A stretch of 64,000 nt of DNA from Selaginella moellendorffii (taxonomy: Eukaryota > Plantae > Lycopodiophyta), in assembly GCF_000143415.4 (NCBI RefSeq), contig NW_003314262.1, positions 410,078 to 474,077 of the forward strand, in the 5' to 3' direction. Position 1 is the first letter of the stretch; every line of letters starts with the position of its first letter. Under the pieces are notes generated by a model. That model saw only the letters and a program-made list of their open reading frames with translations, ran no database searches and had not been told where the DNA came from. Of this stretch, positions 13,401 to 25,775 are shown in pieces. The position numbers and the translations under genes were made by a program.

Positions 13401-16400
13401 AGATATGTGATGTGGTTAATGACATGAACCTTTGCTTCCCAACACTCCTCCTCAAGGTTTCCATCACCTAGGTTGAGTGTCTTTAGGAAGACTTGATGCT
13501 GTACACGAGGTAAAGTCTTGGTCAAGACATCCACCAACATCGTGTTGGTAGGACAAAATTCCAGAAGAATTTTGCCTTTGTCAATGAGTTCCCAGATGAA
13601 ATCAATTCAATGTGCTTCGTTCTTGAAATGGAATCAAGAGTTCCTTGTGAGAGCAATGGCAGACTGATTGTCACAGCAAAGCTTGATGGGAGGGACTCGG
13701 ATTCACAAGTCTTCAAGCAGCTTGCTCAGCCACACTTCTTCTTTTGTTGCTGCTGCTGCTGCTGCTACATATTCTGATTCCGTTGAGGACATGGCTGTGA
13801 TAGTCTGCTTCTTCGAGCACCAGCTCACCACGTTCCCATTGCTCAGCTTGCTCAGCCACAATGGCCTCAAGCACTTTGACTGAAGGCTTGGTTACACGTC
13901 CAGAGCGTCGTGGACCAAAGACATGTGTAGGTGGAGGAGTCATCACGGGGTCAAAGGCCTTGGTGGATGCTTGATGAAATATTTCATCGCCTTCAAAAAT
14001 ATCGTCGACGATGGCAACAAGCGAGGGCTCAGCTGAAGAAGCGGGACTGCTGGTGGAAGCAGTAGAGGCTCCTGGAGGTGCAAGAAGTGGCGTGTGAGGA
14101 GGAGATCCATCACCTCCAGCCACCAAGGGCACTGCTCGGCCAGGATCTTGTGGGCCTTGGTCCTCCTGGAGGAAAATTCTCTGGAGCTGGGAGCGAAAAG
14201 GGGGGCACCTCATCCAGAACCAAAGAAAGATCCACAAGATCAGTTGAATGGCCTGAAGTACCTTTGAGGTCTCGATACAGCTCTTGCTCGTTGAAGACCA
14301 CGTCGCGGCTCACTACAAGCTTCTTTTGGAAGAGATTGTAGAGCCGGTAAGCCTTCGAATGTGGTAGCCCACGAAGATGGTCTTCGTGCTGCGTGGATCG
14401 AGCTTGCGCCTGTTCGGATCAGGGATGCGGGCGTACGCACTGCACCCTGTTGAGGTATACGCTCTCTATGACATGATCTTAGGTGGCAGGAGTGCTACTT
14501 CACTGATCCAGGTGTAGGCTAGAGGCGTGTCTCTTCATCATGTATATATAATTTTGATATATACGATTATCCTGAGAGTCATCCACCATGGTAGCTTCCG
14601 CTCTTCTTCTCTTCATGGTATCAGAGCCCTGAGGGCTTCAGATCCAGGGACGATGGCACTGGCTGAGGAGGAGGCTAGCAAGGATGACGATGAGCCACCA
14701 GACGTGGCTGAGAGGTGCCAAGATTTGGCACTGTGCTGCACTGAGCGCCAAGACAACGGCACTAGCGAGCTGAGCAAGGCGCTAGGGCATGATCGAGCAG
14801 AGACCAGCCCGGAGGCGCTGGCAGAGGCGCTGAGAGAGGGCTGGTGCAAGGCACGAGCAGAGAGGTGCTGGCAAAGGCACTGGCAGAGGCGCTGAAAGAG
14901 GGCTGGTGCGAGGCACTGAGCAGAGGTGAGTGCTAGGCACCCTGTAGGGTAGAGGCGCGAGACACCGAGCAGAGGTAGAGGTGTGAGGGATTGGAGTGCT
15001 GGTGGACTGGACAGAGGTGCTGTCCAGAGGCAGGCAGAGGCGATGCTGAGTGCTGGGCTGTGAGAGGGCTCCATAGCAGAGGGAGATAGCCGTTAGGACT
15101 TTGGCCGAGGAGGCTTGGTCGAGGCTGAGCTTCAACTGAGGACAGTGAGATCAGAGGATGTGATCGAGTAGAGACTGGCCCAGAGGCGCTGGCAGAGGCG
15201 CTGAGAGAGGGCTGGCTTGAGGCACCAGAGCGCTGAGTGAGGTGCTGGTGCGAGAGAGTGGAGCGGCCCTGAGGCGCTGAGAGAGTGGTGCAAGGCACGA
15301 GCAGAGAGGCACTGGCAGAGGCGCTGAGAGAGGAGAGACTGCGATCAGAGGCCGTGAATGAGGTGCTAGGGCGTGCGAGACCCTGCAGAGACTGGCCAGA
15401 GGTGAGTGCCGGGCGTAGAGGCACGAGGCACCGAGGGCTGGCCGAGCAGAGACTCCATTGGAGCATTGAGTGAGGCGCTACTGTGAGAAGGTGCTGGCAG
15501 AGGCGCTGAGAAGAGGCACTGAGCAGAGACAGATTTCTGTCGAGGATACGACAGAGTGTTTGGATGCAGAGGGAGAGTGATCTCAGATTCATGTCATCGA
15601 GATCGAGAGGGAGTGTTGAGGTATACGCTCTCTATGACATGATCCTAGGTGGCAGGAGTGCCACTTCACTGAGCTTGCGCCTGTTAGGATCAGGGATGCG
15701 GGCGTCAAAGATCCGGATGTGCCCTAAATTTGGACGTTTCAAGCCTGTGCTCCGGGTGTGCAAACGGTTACGCAAGTACACCGTCGTGTTCACTGCTTCT
15801 CCCCAGAAGCTGTGTGGCAGTCCGGAATGCAGAAGAAGGCAACGCACCATATCCATGAGCGTCCGGTTCAGCCTCTCAGCCACACCATTCTGTTGTGGTG
15901 TATAAGCAGCCGTGTACTGATGAGAAATTCCTGCCTCAACTAAGAATTAGAGAAATCCTTGTGCAATGTATTCTCCTCCTTCATCTGTGCGTAGCACACG
16001 GATCTTTCTTCCTGTAAAATTTTCTGCCCAACTTTTGAAAATTTTGAAGTTTTCAAAAACTTCGGATTTGTTTCGTAGCAAACACACCAGTGTATCGTGA
16101 GTGATCATCTATGAATGAAACAAAATACCTCTTCCCGCTTAGGGAATTTACAGGAAGATAGCAGACATCGCTGTGAATAAGATCAAGCAATGCTGTGGCC
16201 TGGTTTTCCAAGGGTCGGGGAGGAAAAGGATGGCGTGCATGTTTGCCAAGTTGGCAAGTATCGCAAAGTCCCAGATGTCCAGATGGAAATGCGACGCCAT
16301 CAGCTAGCTTGCTGCGAGCAAGGTTCTGGAGATCCTTCTCATTTACATGCCCGAGATGAGCATGCCAAAGATGAATTGTCTCTTGGCCTTGAAGCGCTAG

Positions 16401-17586
16401 CATGTATGTCCCTGGATAAACAAGCTCTGCGTTGAGGCGATAGAGTGTATCGTACCTCACTCCAGTTGCCACGGTGGTGCCATCTGCTCCAAAAATAGTA
16501 CATCCTTCTGCAAAGAATGTAAGCGAGAACCCTTGATCGGAGGCGACGCCAACCGAAAGGACAGTCTGGCCTGCACCGGGCACATAGTGCATGTTATGGA
16601 TTTCCTTGAGAGATCCATTGGGCAACTTGACTTGTACCATGCCACGGCCTTCAACGTCGAGAGGTCGTTTGTCTCCAACAAAGACCTGTTTTGGGGAAAG
16701 CAATTCATGGAAAGTGTGGAATGCTGTACGAAAGAGGAGTCATGTGGTAAGAAGCACCACTGTCCAACCAGACGACGTCTAAAAGAAAGCAAACACCCAA
16801 CGGATGCTGACTCAAACAGACTCGTTGTTGATGATGGCCGTGGCCTCGTCACCGGTGTCTGGTTTAGCTCGACATTCTCGCTCTATATGCCCCATCTTCC
16901 CGCAGTAGGTACACGGCCCCTTCTTTTTCCTGTTTCCATTTGTGGTGGAGCCAGGTGTTGGTGTCGCAGGAGCACTAGCAAATCCGCGAGAATTCCCACG
17001 CTTCTTGGCATTTCCATTTCCTGACTTCTTGCTGATGAACAAAGCCTGATCACGAGCAGAATCCGGGGAGGTCGTGCCTGCTTTTCGCTCCAGAAGCTTG
17101 CGCTCTTCTTCCAAGAGATTGGAATAGAGCTCGTCTAGGGTCTTTCCTGGAACGAAGGAGAGCATGTCGGAGGTCAGAAGAAACCGAATAGAGAAGGAAA
17201 GCTTTGGCATAATCGTCCGAGACAGGGGCCAGCCTCCTTAAGCTCTTGCGTCATCCCCTTAAGCTTGCCAATGTACGACGCCATCGTGTCTGTTGGCTGC
17301 ATCCGGAGAGAAAAGAACCTCTGGGTAAGGACGATCTTGGCATTTGCTGCTTTCGCAGCAAACACCTGTACCAAGGACTCCCAATTCTCGTGAGCGGTCT
17401 TCGAGAGATCCAGCAGATGGATGAACTCGTCGCCGAGTCCTAAGCCAATGACAGAGAGGGCTCTTCTAGGCTTTCCACGCTGGCTGGAGAGCGGGCTCAG
17501 CTGGTTTAGCTTCGGTGCCGTCCACGATTGTCCAGCAATCCTTTGCCATCAAGATGAGCTGGACCTTTGTTCTCCAGGTTGCGAAT
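13401..17586 (-). mobile_element. Ty1/copia element lacking RT (gag-PR-IN-RNase H-PPT-partial 3' LTR), 5' truncated, interrupted by a nested element
   Basis: gag ATWRTKVQLILM, CTYCGKMGHIEREC knuckle, WLDSGASYHM protease, LWHAHLGH/CDTC, IHSDVC...FIDDHSR...QNGVAERLNRTL integrase, SRDVVFNE, then directly SWCSKKQ...SSTESEY RNase H. PPT ~13445-13454; LTR start 13444 truncated at ~13401. Confidence 0.92.
14448..15672 (+). mobile_element. Non-autonomous short-LTR retrotransposon (TRIM-like) nested in the copia integrase
   Basis: 5' LTR 14448-14615 (TGTTGAGG...TTCA), PBS TGGTATCAGAGCC 14616-14628, ~1-kb repetitive interior without retro domains, PPT GAGAGGGAG, 3' LTR from 15614 truncated after ~59 bp. 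Confidence 0.9.
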
Positions 17587-18075
17587 GCCAAAGCTAATGA
17601 AGGGATATTTGCATTAATCTAAAAATTAAGCACAATAAAGTTATGTTGAAAAAGTAACCACCAAACTAATCCTTTATGAATCCATCTTTTATAGCCATGA
17701 AATAGGGGAGTTTCAAAATGTTTGTGGCATTTTATAATTGCTCAACAAAAGTTCAAAATGTTCCACTTCCTTTTCATCTTCCAAAAAGTGGTGTAAAGTT
17801 TGTAAATACATTTATATATATTATTTATGTTAATTATATTACTATAGCATATAAACTATTTATAATTGGCATTTCCTAAATAGACCCCACGAGATAGAAG
17901 ACAACAACAGCTCTAGCTAACTAATTTAATAAACTCATCGTGTTTTTTATTGACTCTCTTGCAGGTTTGTGCCAGCTTGATCAGATGCTTGAACACTATC
18001 AAACCTTGGCACTGCTAGATGGACTGCATAAATTTATAACATTCTAGGACACGATGATAGAGAAAAAAATCATTA

Positions 18076-21000
18076 ATCACGGACTTGATCTCTGTTTTTG
18101 GCCTTTCCTCTTTTATTCTTTGCTTCGATTGCTGGGAGGCCATCAATATAGATCTTCTCCGAACATATGATTTCTTGAGCCAGGAACCGAGTTAAGCTCG
18201 AAAACAAAGGTACCGTAAGAAAAATTAAATTCACACGTCCTTTAAATTCAACACAGCATCAAGAGCAAGGGGTCCGATCTTAGGGGCATCGATGAGGATC
18301 AAACACGGGGAGAAGTCCTCTATAGGATGCATTACTGGTGAATGCTCATCTGAATGCACTGGTCTAACATTGAAGTGCAAAGAAGATTTAAATCCCGATA
18401 GGGGATAGCTGCAAAATTTCAGCAAAATGGTATGTCTCGAAGTGTAAGAAAAATACTTTCTTGATAAGCCCGGAAGAGAGAAGAGCTTCTAAGACTTGAA
18501 CCGACGAAACCGTTGCTCTGTCCAGTTGGTCTGGATTCGATAAATCCAACCGTAAGTTCTTCCTCGCCCAGGTAAACATCCTCGGCCCTGCTACCCAATT
18601 CCAAATGGGAAATACGAAACTTCAGACAGACATGGAAAGGCCACAAGCGTTGGCGGACTGAAGCCAGCAGCCAGTGAAAGTCCTGGTGTGAAGTTTGTTC
18701 GTCCTCCACCGAGGACTCAAGAGAGGCAAAGCTATATTCTAGGCTTAAAGTTCTGGAAAGAAATAAAGGAAGAAATTTGCCATTGACCGTTTGCGCTTGT
18801 TGGCTTTCACGCAGAGTTTCCTGCGCAATGCCCTTCACGACATGAATCCAATCACTCTCAGCAGCTAGAAAGTTACATGTTCGTCCTTAGCTACAAACCG
18901 GTCCATATGAGCGAAGTTCCACTTTGCCAGCTCAAATCTCTTCCGATGCGTTAGCCTGGCTTTGAAAGAAATCTCAATTGCAAGGAACTTCTCTAGCAAA
19001 AGCAAAAGCTCAAATCCTGGAAGCGCTGCCGAGGCCGTGGAAAACTTCGATCCTCGGTGTACTTTCTGCGCATGAACGCCTGCGGACAATTGTGGGCAGA
19101 TCTTCACCGGAATAATTTGCGGCATTTTTGAAAGCACCGAAGTGGTGTTCATGCTGCACATAGGCACGAGCAAGCATGCAAATCCAAATGTTGCCAGTGA
19201 CACCCAGCAGCTCTTGCATCCTGGCCCAGAGTTGCTGCCTCTCCTCGTCATACTCCACTCCACCAGCCGAGACGACTGCCTCTCTTATGGCATGACGTAT
19301 CTCATCCGAGCTCGCTCCCAAGTCCCTCTGCGTGCTTGGAGACTGGATCCACGCCGCAAACGCCTCACAGATTCCTCTGGTGGAGTTGCTAATCGCAACC
19401 CACCTGGTATGCAGCAGTGACTCGCCTGTGACGATCCAAGCAAAAAGGATCACGATTGAGCAAAGAGAAAGGCACTCTGCATAGACTCACAGTCTCGTTT
19501 CCACCTGTCACGGTCAACGCTGCCGCCCAAGCAGTCCTCGAGGATCAGCTGCAGCAGCAAACTCGTAAGCGATGGATGGAATCATTGACAAGATCATCAA
19601 GAGCTTACGTAAGCTATGTAGAGGATCATGTCGGAAATCCCAGGTCTCCATGTGGCCTCGTTGCGGCTGCCATCGTCGAAACGGTGCCTTCGAAGCGTGT
19701 TTTCGGAGCTCGCAGTCCGGAAGAGTCCGTCCCAGGCTGCCTGCTTGATCGCCCCGAATTCTTCTAGAGAGCACGCGGTCAGGCATGGATCCCACTGCAC
19801 GTTGGCGCAAATCTCCACGAAAAGGCTACCGTAGTCATTGCCAAAGACGGTGGCAGCCGCGTCGCAAAGCTGGCGGCACTCGTCGCTGCTTCCCCGGCTC
19901 ATCGTAGCCTGGATGTGCTCCACAATCGACTCCGATGATGTCGCTGCCGAGCACAGGGATTTGAGCTCGGCGTGGTCGCGGCATCCCTTCCTCGTCCGCA
20001 TCCATGTAGAGATCAGGCGCGCTATCGGCACGCTCACGTCTGCGTACTCCTGGAAGAGCGGCTCCACGCGGTGGAAGTTGTAGTGGCCTTGGATCCACTG
20101 CTCGAGCCGGGCACGCATCTGGTTGTCCCATTGGATTTCTCCCGCTGCCATCACCTCCTGCCACACAGAAGCTTGAACGCTCTCTCAAATCAAAACGGTG
20201 TCAATCATCATACCTCCAACATCTGGCGCAGAGCGACGGTGATGTCCATGGACTTCCACTCTATCCTGGGCGCGTTCTCGATGCAGGAACGTATCCGTTT
20301 GAGCTCGTCCAAGGATGCCGGGGAGAACTTTTCATCCTTCAGCGGTGCTTGTTTGCTCAGGAACAGCAGCAAGAGATTTTCCAGGGGTCCAGCTCCGCCA
20401 CCGCCACGGTCACCTGCTATAGCTTGTGCTTCGAATGCGTCCAGCCATTCCAGCGGCTGTTTGTTGCTCTGGAGCTGGAGCAACAGCCAGGTGAAGACAA
20501 CGTCGCAAACCTTGCCGCTCGCATCGAACAGGAGAGCGGCATCAGCAACGCAAGTGGGCGAGAGAGTGCAAGGAAACAATATCGACACGATGGCTGTGGA
20601 AAAGGAACCAAGCTCTTAGCTTGAGAGGAATCCAAAGAAGAAGTACGTATAGCTAGCGACCTGACACATGTTCATCTGTGATGACCAATGGGAAAGACGA
20701 TGGCGTCCGATCAGTGGCCTCCTCGAGCTGCAAAAAAGGGAAAACCATAAACTTTGCTACACGATCCAAACAAGCACTCACAAGGTGGAGGTCGGTCAGG
20801 GCGTACGTGCAGCGGCCTTTGCAGCACTCGGGGCGGGGATGAGGATTTCTAGATTGCTCTTGATGTGGGCTATGGCGCGTGAAGTAGTCGGCCGCGATGA
20901 AGAGGTGCAAGAAGCCATCCGGCACGGTAGCGCCAAGGACGCGTGCGACGGCCACAGTCCAGATCTTCCACTTGAGCTCCGAGACAGTGGAAGTGACGGT

Positions 21001-21180
21001 GGAGTTGGGCAGGACTTCAAAGAACCACGCACCCGGGAGATGATCCAGCTCCAGCCCAAAGTGAGAGAACGTTGCCCTCACAACCATCAGCAGTCTGGAG
21101 CCTATGCCGCTGCGGAACCATTCGGCCACGCGATCGCCAACGCATGGCATCCACCCCACCACTGGAATCAGTCCTTCCAT
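18076..21180 (-). CDS. Multi-exon gene of unknown function (boundaries approximate)
   Basis: Consecutive long GC-rich minus-strand ORFs (20653-21180, 20208-20588, 19597-20166, 19010-19453, 18419-18838) separated by ~50-bp GT-AG intron-like gaps. No recognised domain. Confidence 0.55.
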
Positions 21181-21199
21181 AGCCCTGGCTTCTGTAGGG

Positions 21200-23447
21200 T
21201 CTTTCCTTTGTAGATTTATTTATGTTTACCATCTTCGTCTTCCTGCACATAAGGTGTTATGCTTCTTACGTAAATGGCTCTAGAATTCAAACAAAGAAAC
21301 AAAACTTGAATAGAAAGTACCAGCATCCATCAGAAGATATTGAAACCTGCGAAGCGGAAGGCGATATGTAACCAAAAGAAGACAGAAAGAAGACTCACGG
21401 GGCATGGTTCTCCAAGTGTAACATCCCAAAGAGCCACGCTGCCATTTCTCCACTCGCTGCTAAACCAGAGAGCATAATTTCCTCCTTGGTCTCCAGCACC
21501 CACAAAGCTACACACACGAAAAGAGAAGAGTTGGAGGTTCACTCGCTACACACCAAGTGAGAACAAAACCTCTTACCCACGGTCACGGGTCTCCATTGGC
21601 ATTAACCGTGTGTCCCGAACGACTGGGGAGATATCTTCCACAGGAACTGTAAGAAACGGAAGCAACCTGGGAAACAAGCCACATGACCTTGGTTTTGGCT
21701 GCAATGGAGGAAGAAATACCTCTCAACGGGGGCCAAGAGGCACCATAGCTCCGGATATCAAATAAGCCGACTGTTCCATCGCCTGGGCATGTTGAAAGGA
21801 ATGCATCAGCAAAGGCTAGACATATATCTGAGTTAACTACCTGTCACAACAACTGTTCCTGCTGCATCAGTTATAGACTGTCCAAAAAAAAAAAAAAAAC
21901 ACGAATCAGAAACTCTCAAGAGTGGAAAACAATGTTGACTACCATGTCATTTGCTGGAAATCTGCAGCACTCAAGGAGAGCATCCACGTCCCAGATCTGA
22001 ACAATACCCGAGCCATTTTGTGACGAGTAACTTCCGCATATCAGTAGGTTATTGTTAAACTCCAGAGCATCCATGGGAGGCAAATCTTCCCTTGAAAAAA
22101 AAAATACCATTACACTTTCAGCAATTTCTACTCGAATAAAAGTATAGTTAGCTCACGTACCTGTTCTGTGAGATTAATTCTGGTACAAGCATTCCTCTAC
22201 AAAAGCAGTTGTCGATCGCCTTGACCACTACTTGTTGCCACAAGGCCTGCAAACAACCAAAACCAGCCCAGAAAAGCAAGATCCTGTGCGTCACGAACAG
22301 CAAACGTTACAGGTTTGAGACGGATTAGCGGCCATTGCAGAGGTTTTCTTTCTTATGACCAGCCACGTTGTTTTCGTCAGAACCAGGCCCCAGAGTGTAG
22401 AGGCACTCAGCAGTTGATGAATTTCATACCTGAATTTGAAAAAAAAAATAAAAAAGTCAATATATACAAGACAAAACGTAGTAAGATACGACCTTCACAG
22501 TGCTTTCAGCACATGAAACAACTAGAGACCCAACTGTGAAGCATACTCCTGAAATGGATGCACCAAAACAAAAGAAAGAAAGACAAGAAAGGATCACATC
22601 CATCGCTAAAGAAGAAAGCGTCAGATTCCAAGAAAACCCCCAAATAAGGAGCTCGTTAGGTGCCTGCATTTCACATTGGCGAGGACCACAGCCTTGATAG
22701 AAAACAGCTTACAGCGTTGCAACGGACAATCTGTGAACGCCGAGCTTGAGCGTGCTGGATCCTTTGCAACTTTGCATACTCATCTGTTACACTAAACAGG
22801 TCAAAAAGGAGAAAAGAAATCGGGCATTAGTCATCCTAAGTACCTGTCGAGGCATGGGTGTCTCGTTCGTCACCGAATCTGAGGAAGCACTTGCTCTCCG
22901 AGACTTGCTTTCACCTCTTCGTAAGCTTGAGACTTGACGTTAGTCCCCCGAGATCCCGCAGCTTCACTTGTAGCTGACAAAGCCTGCAAGTTTACACAAA
23001 AGCTGTCAATACCAAGCCCATAAACAGTGTCACATACAGCTCGTATCTCCTTTCCATGACTTCTTATTGTCCAGAGATGATTGTCTTCGTTGTCAACGCC
23101 AGGATTCCTGAAAGCACAAGGCTATCAACCATTCAACACAGAAAAGATGAGCTCCCCACCAGTAGTGTCCGATACGGGTTTGGACTGCTCCATGCGGCTA
23201 CTCCTGGCATGCTTTTTCTACAACCACCTAAGAAGTCAGGAACACGCAAGGAGAGAGAGAGCACCTTTGGTGTTTCTTCTGAGTAAGAAAGGTCGGCATC
23301 TGTTCTACGTTTTCCAGAGTTTTCACTTCTCTCTTCTCGCTGTAATCCAAACCCAGCCTTGATGAAGCAAAAGAAGAATAAAAATTGGAAACAAAAACTA
23401 CTCACAGCGAGCTCCTGGCGTTGCTTCTCCTTCTTCGTCTTCTTCAT
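21200..23447 (-). CDS. WD40-repeat protein (many small exons; possibly degenerate)
   Basis: Exon peptides LVVSCAESTVK, DALEFNNNLLICGS...GIVQIWDV, GDGTVGLFDIR, NGSVALWDV. Putative start MKKTKKEKQRQELA followed by a GT donor. Confidence 0.6.
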
Positions 23448-23515
23448 CACAATATAGTAGAACTTCTCACGCAAGGATTCTGGTTTAACCACTTGGCGAT
23501 CTCCCTCGTCGAGTG

Positions 23516-23636
23516 TGTCGGGAATCACTAGCCACATCACATATCATCACCAACCGTCAAGAGTCGCCACATCCTCTTGTATATAACCACTAAAATGCAA
23601 TGAAGTAGCTACCGAGCCGTTTCCATAAATCCTACA
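23516..23636 (+). mobile_element. Solo LTR of the copia family at 13256-13391
   Basis: TGTCGGGAA...TAGCCACATCACATATC...TATATAACCACTAAAAT...CATAAATCCTACA, collinear with the 13256 LTR apart from a ~15-bp deletion. Confidence 0.9.
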
Positions 23637-23999
23637 AACTGGCGCCCAAAACAGAACGGTAATGACGAGGATGAGCGAGAACGTGCAAGGGCTCTAGCCG
23701 TCCTTGCTAGAGTGGAGAAAAAGATCCGCGACCGGAAACGCCACGAGCAGCTTTCCCCACAGTGTAGGCTTGTGTGCAGTTCTTGTGGACGCCTTTTCCA
23801 CGTGTCTCACTCCCGTCAATAAAATTTCTGTTTCTAGCGCTAACTTTAGATGGCATCTTCTTCCGCTGGGAGAAACTTCTACACAAATTCACAGGAGAAA
23901 ACTTATAAAGTATAACTTTTGGATATATTAAAAAGGATATTATGGGTTGTACTGTGATTTCTTTTTCAATATTGAAATTAGTTCATATAAAACTTATAA

Positions 24000-24553
24000 T
24001 CATTATTAAGTAAGATATGGTTATAGACTTCTTCGAGGTTTTGGTTCTATGAGTTTTATGCTCATTATTCTATTTGTTAGAAGATGTTGGGGAAGGCATT
24101 TTTGGCTCATTAGCTTCAATATTAAAATTAATATTTACATTTGGCAATCATTGGTGATAATTGACTATCATCTAGGATAGTTGATTATCCTTATTAAAGG
24201 TTTTGCTTAATTATTGTTGGTATAGATTAATTTGTTGTTCTTCAAATGGTGGATTATTTCTTTGATGATGATTATACATATCTCTTATGATGGGATGATT
24301 AATGATTTTTCATGATAGTTAGTAATTCTCTTTAATACCTTCTGGCTTTCCGCATTACCATATATTCTTTATAGTTTGTTTTGGATTAATCTTTTGGGTT
24401 TGAGACATTGGTAGGATGTTGCCAACATTTGTTTAAGCAACTGTAGTTCTTTTGTATTGTTGACTGGGATCTATTCAAATTGGCTAGTGTGATAGTTAAC
24501 ATGAATGAGTATTTGTTAGTTTTATTGCATTCATTTTGTTCTATTAATTGTTG
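24000..24553 (+). repeat. Old AT-rich dispersed repeat, second copy at ~54640-55190; continues at ~25860-26000 after an LTR insertion
   Basis: Collinear blocks such as ggcaatcatt...ctatcatctaggatagtt...attatcctta occur in both places. Confidence 0.7.
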
Positions 24554-25346
24554 TGTAAGCCATAAATTTTTTCTTTCTAATTTATCAACTTACCTCATCT
24601 ATCCAACTAATATTGCCTTAGCCTTAGTTAAGTTCCCTTGCCAAAGTTCCTGCCTATTGTACCACCTCCTACTTAGTCCTATTTGGTTTCAACTACTCAC
24701 TACATAAGTAATAGAATGTTAACCATTCATCCATAGATTCCCAAACCTCTTCCAATCCCCCTCCCCGGGTTAGATTAGATTTAAGGTTTGATTACACTCC
24801 CCACAAGCACAAGTAACCAAATACATTAAACCACCAAATTTTTAACATCCCTTGGTATAACAAAACTTGATCATGGAACCCAAGCCTTGGGTGCAATACT
24901 TTGTTCGAGACACCGGGGGGAAACACTGTAGCTTAATGGCCCAGTATGGGTATCCCTACTCCCCCACTTTCATTCCGAAAGGAAGGCCTAAGTCTCTAGG
25001 AAGGGCAAGGATTAATAAGCCGCAACAAGACATGATACAACATGCAACATTAAAGGGGTTGTGGAAAGGAAGATAAACAACAAAAACAAGATATTTTGAG
25101 CCAGGAGCACTACACTCAATTTCCCTTATGGGAGTGGGAATTGCTCTTAAGCACTTCCTCGAGTGGCCCCTCTAGCACCACCTGAGTCTATGCTCACTCC
25201 CACCCAAGGCCCCTCAGTCCTAGTCTCAACCTCAAATCAGTTTGGAAACACTATTGAAGAGTTCCTTCAAAACTGGTTCCTAGACCTCACTATCCCTATC
25301 TTTATTATACTTTTGGAAGCACTTGCAAGCTAGCCCCCCCCCCCCC

Positions 25347-25446
25347 NNNNNNNNNNNNNNNNNNNNNNNNNNNNNNNNNNNNNNNNNNNNNNNNNNNNNN
25401 NNNNNNNNNNNNNNNNNNNNNNNNNNNNNNNNNNNNNNNNNNNNNN
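25347..25446. other. Assembly gap (100 N) flanked by poly-C
   Basis: N run with C homopolymers on both sides. Confidence 1.
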
Positions 25447-25514
25447 CCCCCCCCCCCCCCCCCCCCCCGGAGACACATGCCTTGGGCTTTCACCCCATGA
25501 CATATATTAGTATT

Positions 25515-25775
25515 CGGACTCGGTCTTGGACTCGATATGAGACTCGATCTCAACAACCTCAGACTTGGTCTCGGACTCAATCTTGGACCTGACCTCAAAC
25601 TTTGTCTCGGACTTGATCTCAGACTTGGTCTTGGACTCAATCTTGGACTCAGTCTTGGACCCGATCTTGGACTCGGTCTCGAACTTAGTCTCGGACTCGG
25701 TCTCAGACTTGATCTCAAACTCGGTCTCGAACTCAGTCTTAGAGTCACTTTTGGACTCGATCTCAGACTTAGTCT
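25515..25775. repeat. 12-bp tandem minisatellite (approx. GGACTCGGTCTC)
   Basis: About 20 degenerate units. They generate the spurious SPRL/ESKT/LDSV ORFs. Confidence 0.9.

Noticed and set aside
14527-15592. ORFs in the TRIM interior (ALAEALRE repeats)
   Set aside because: Low-complexity repeats open in many frames with no domain similarity.
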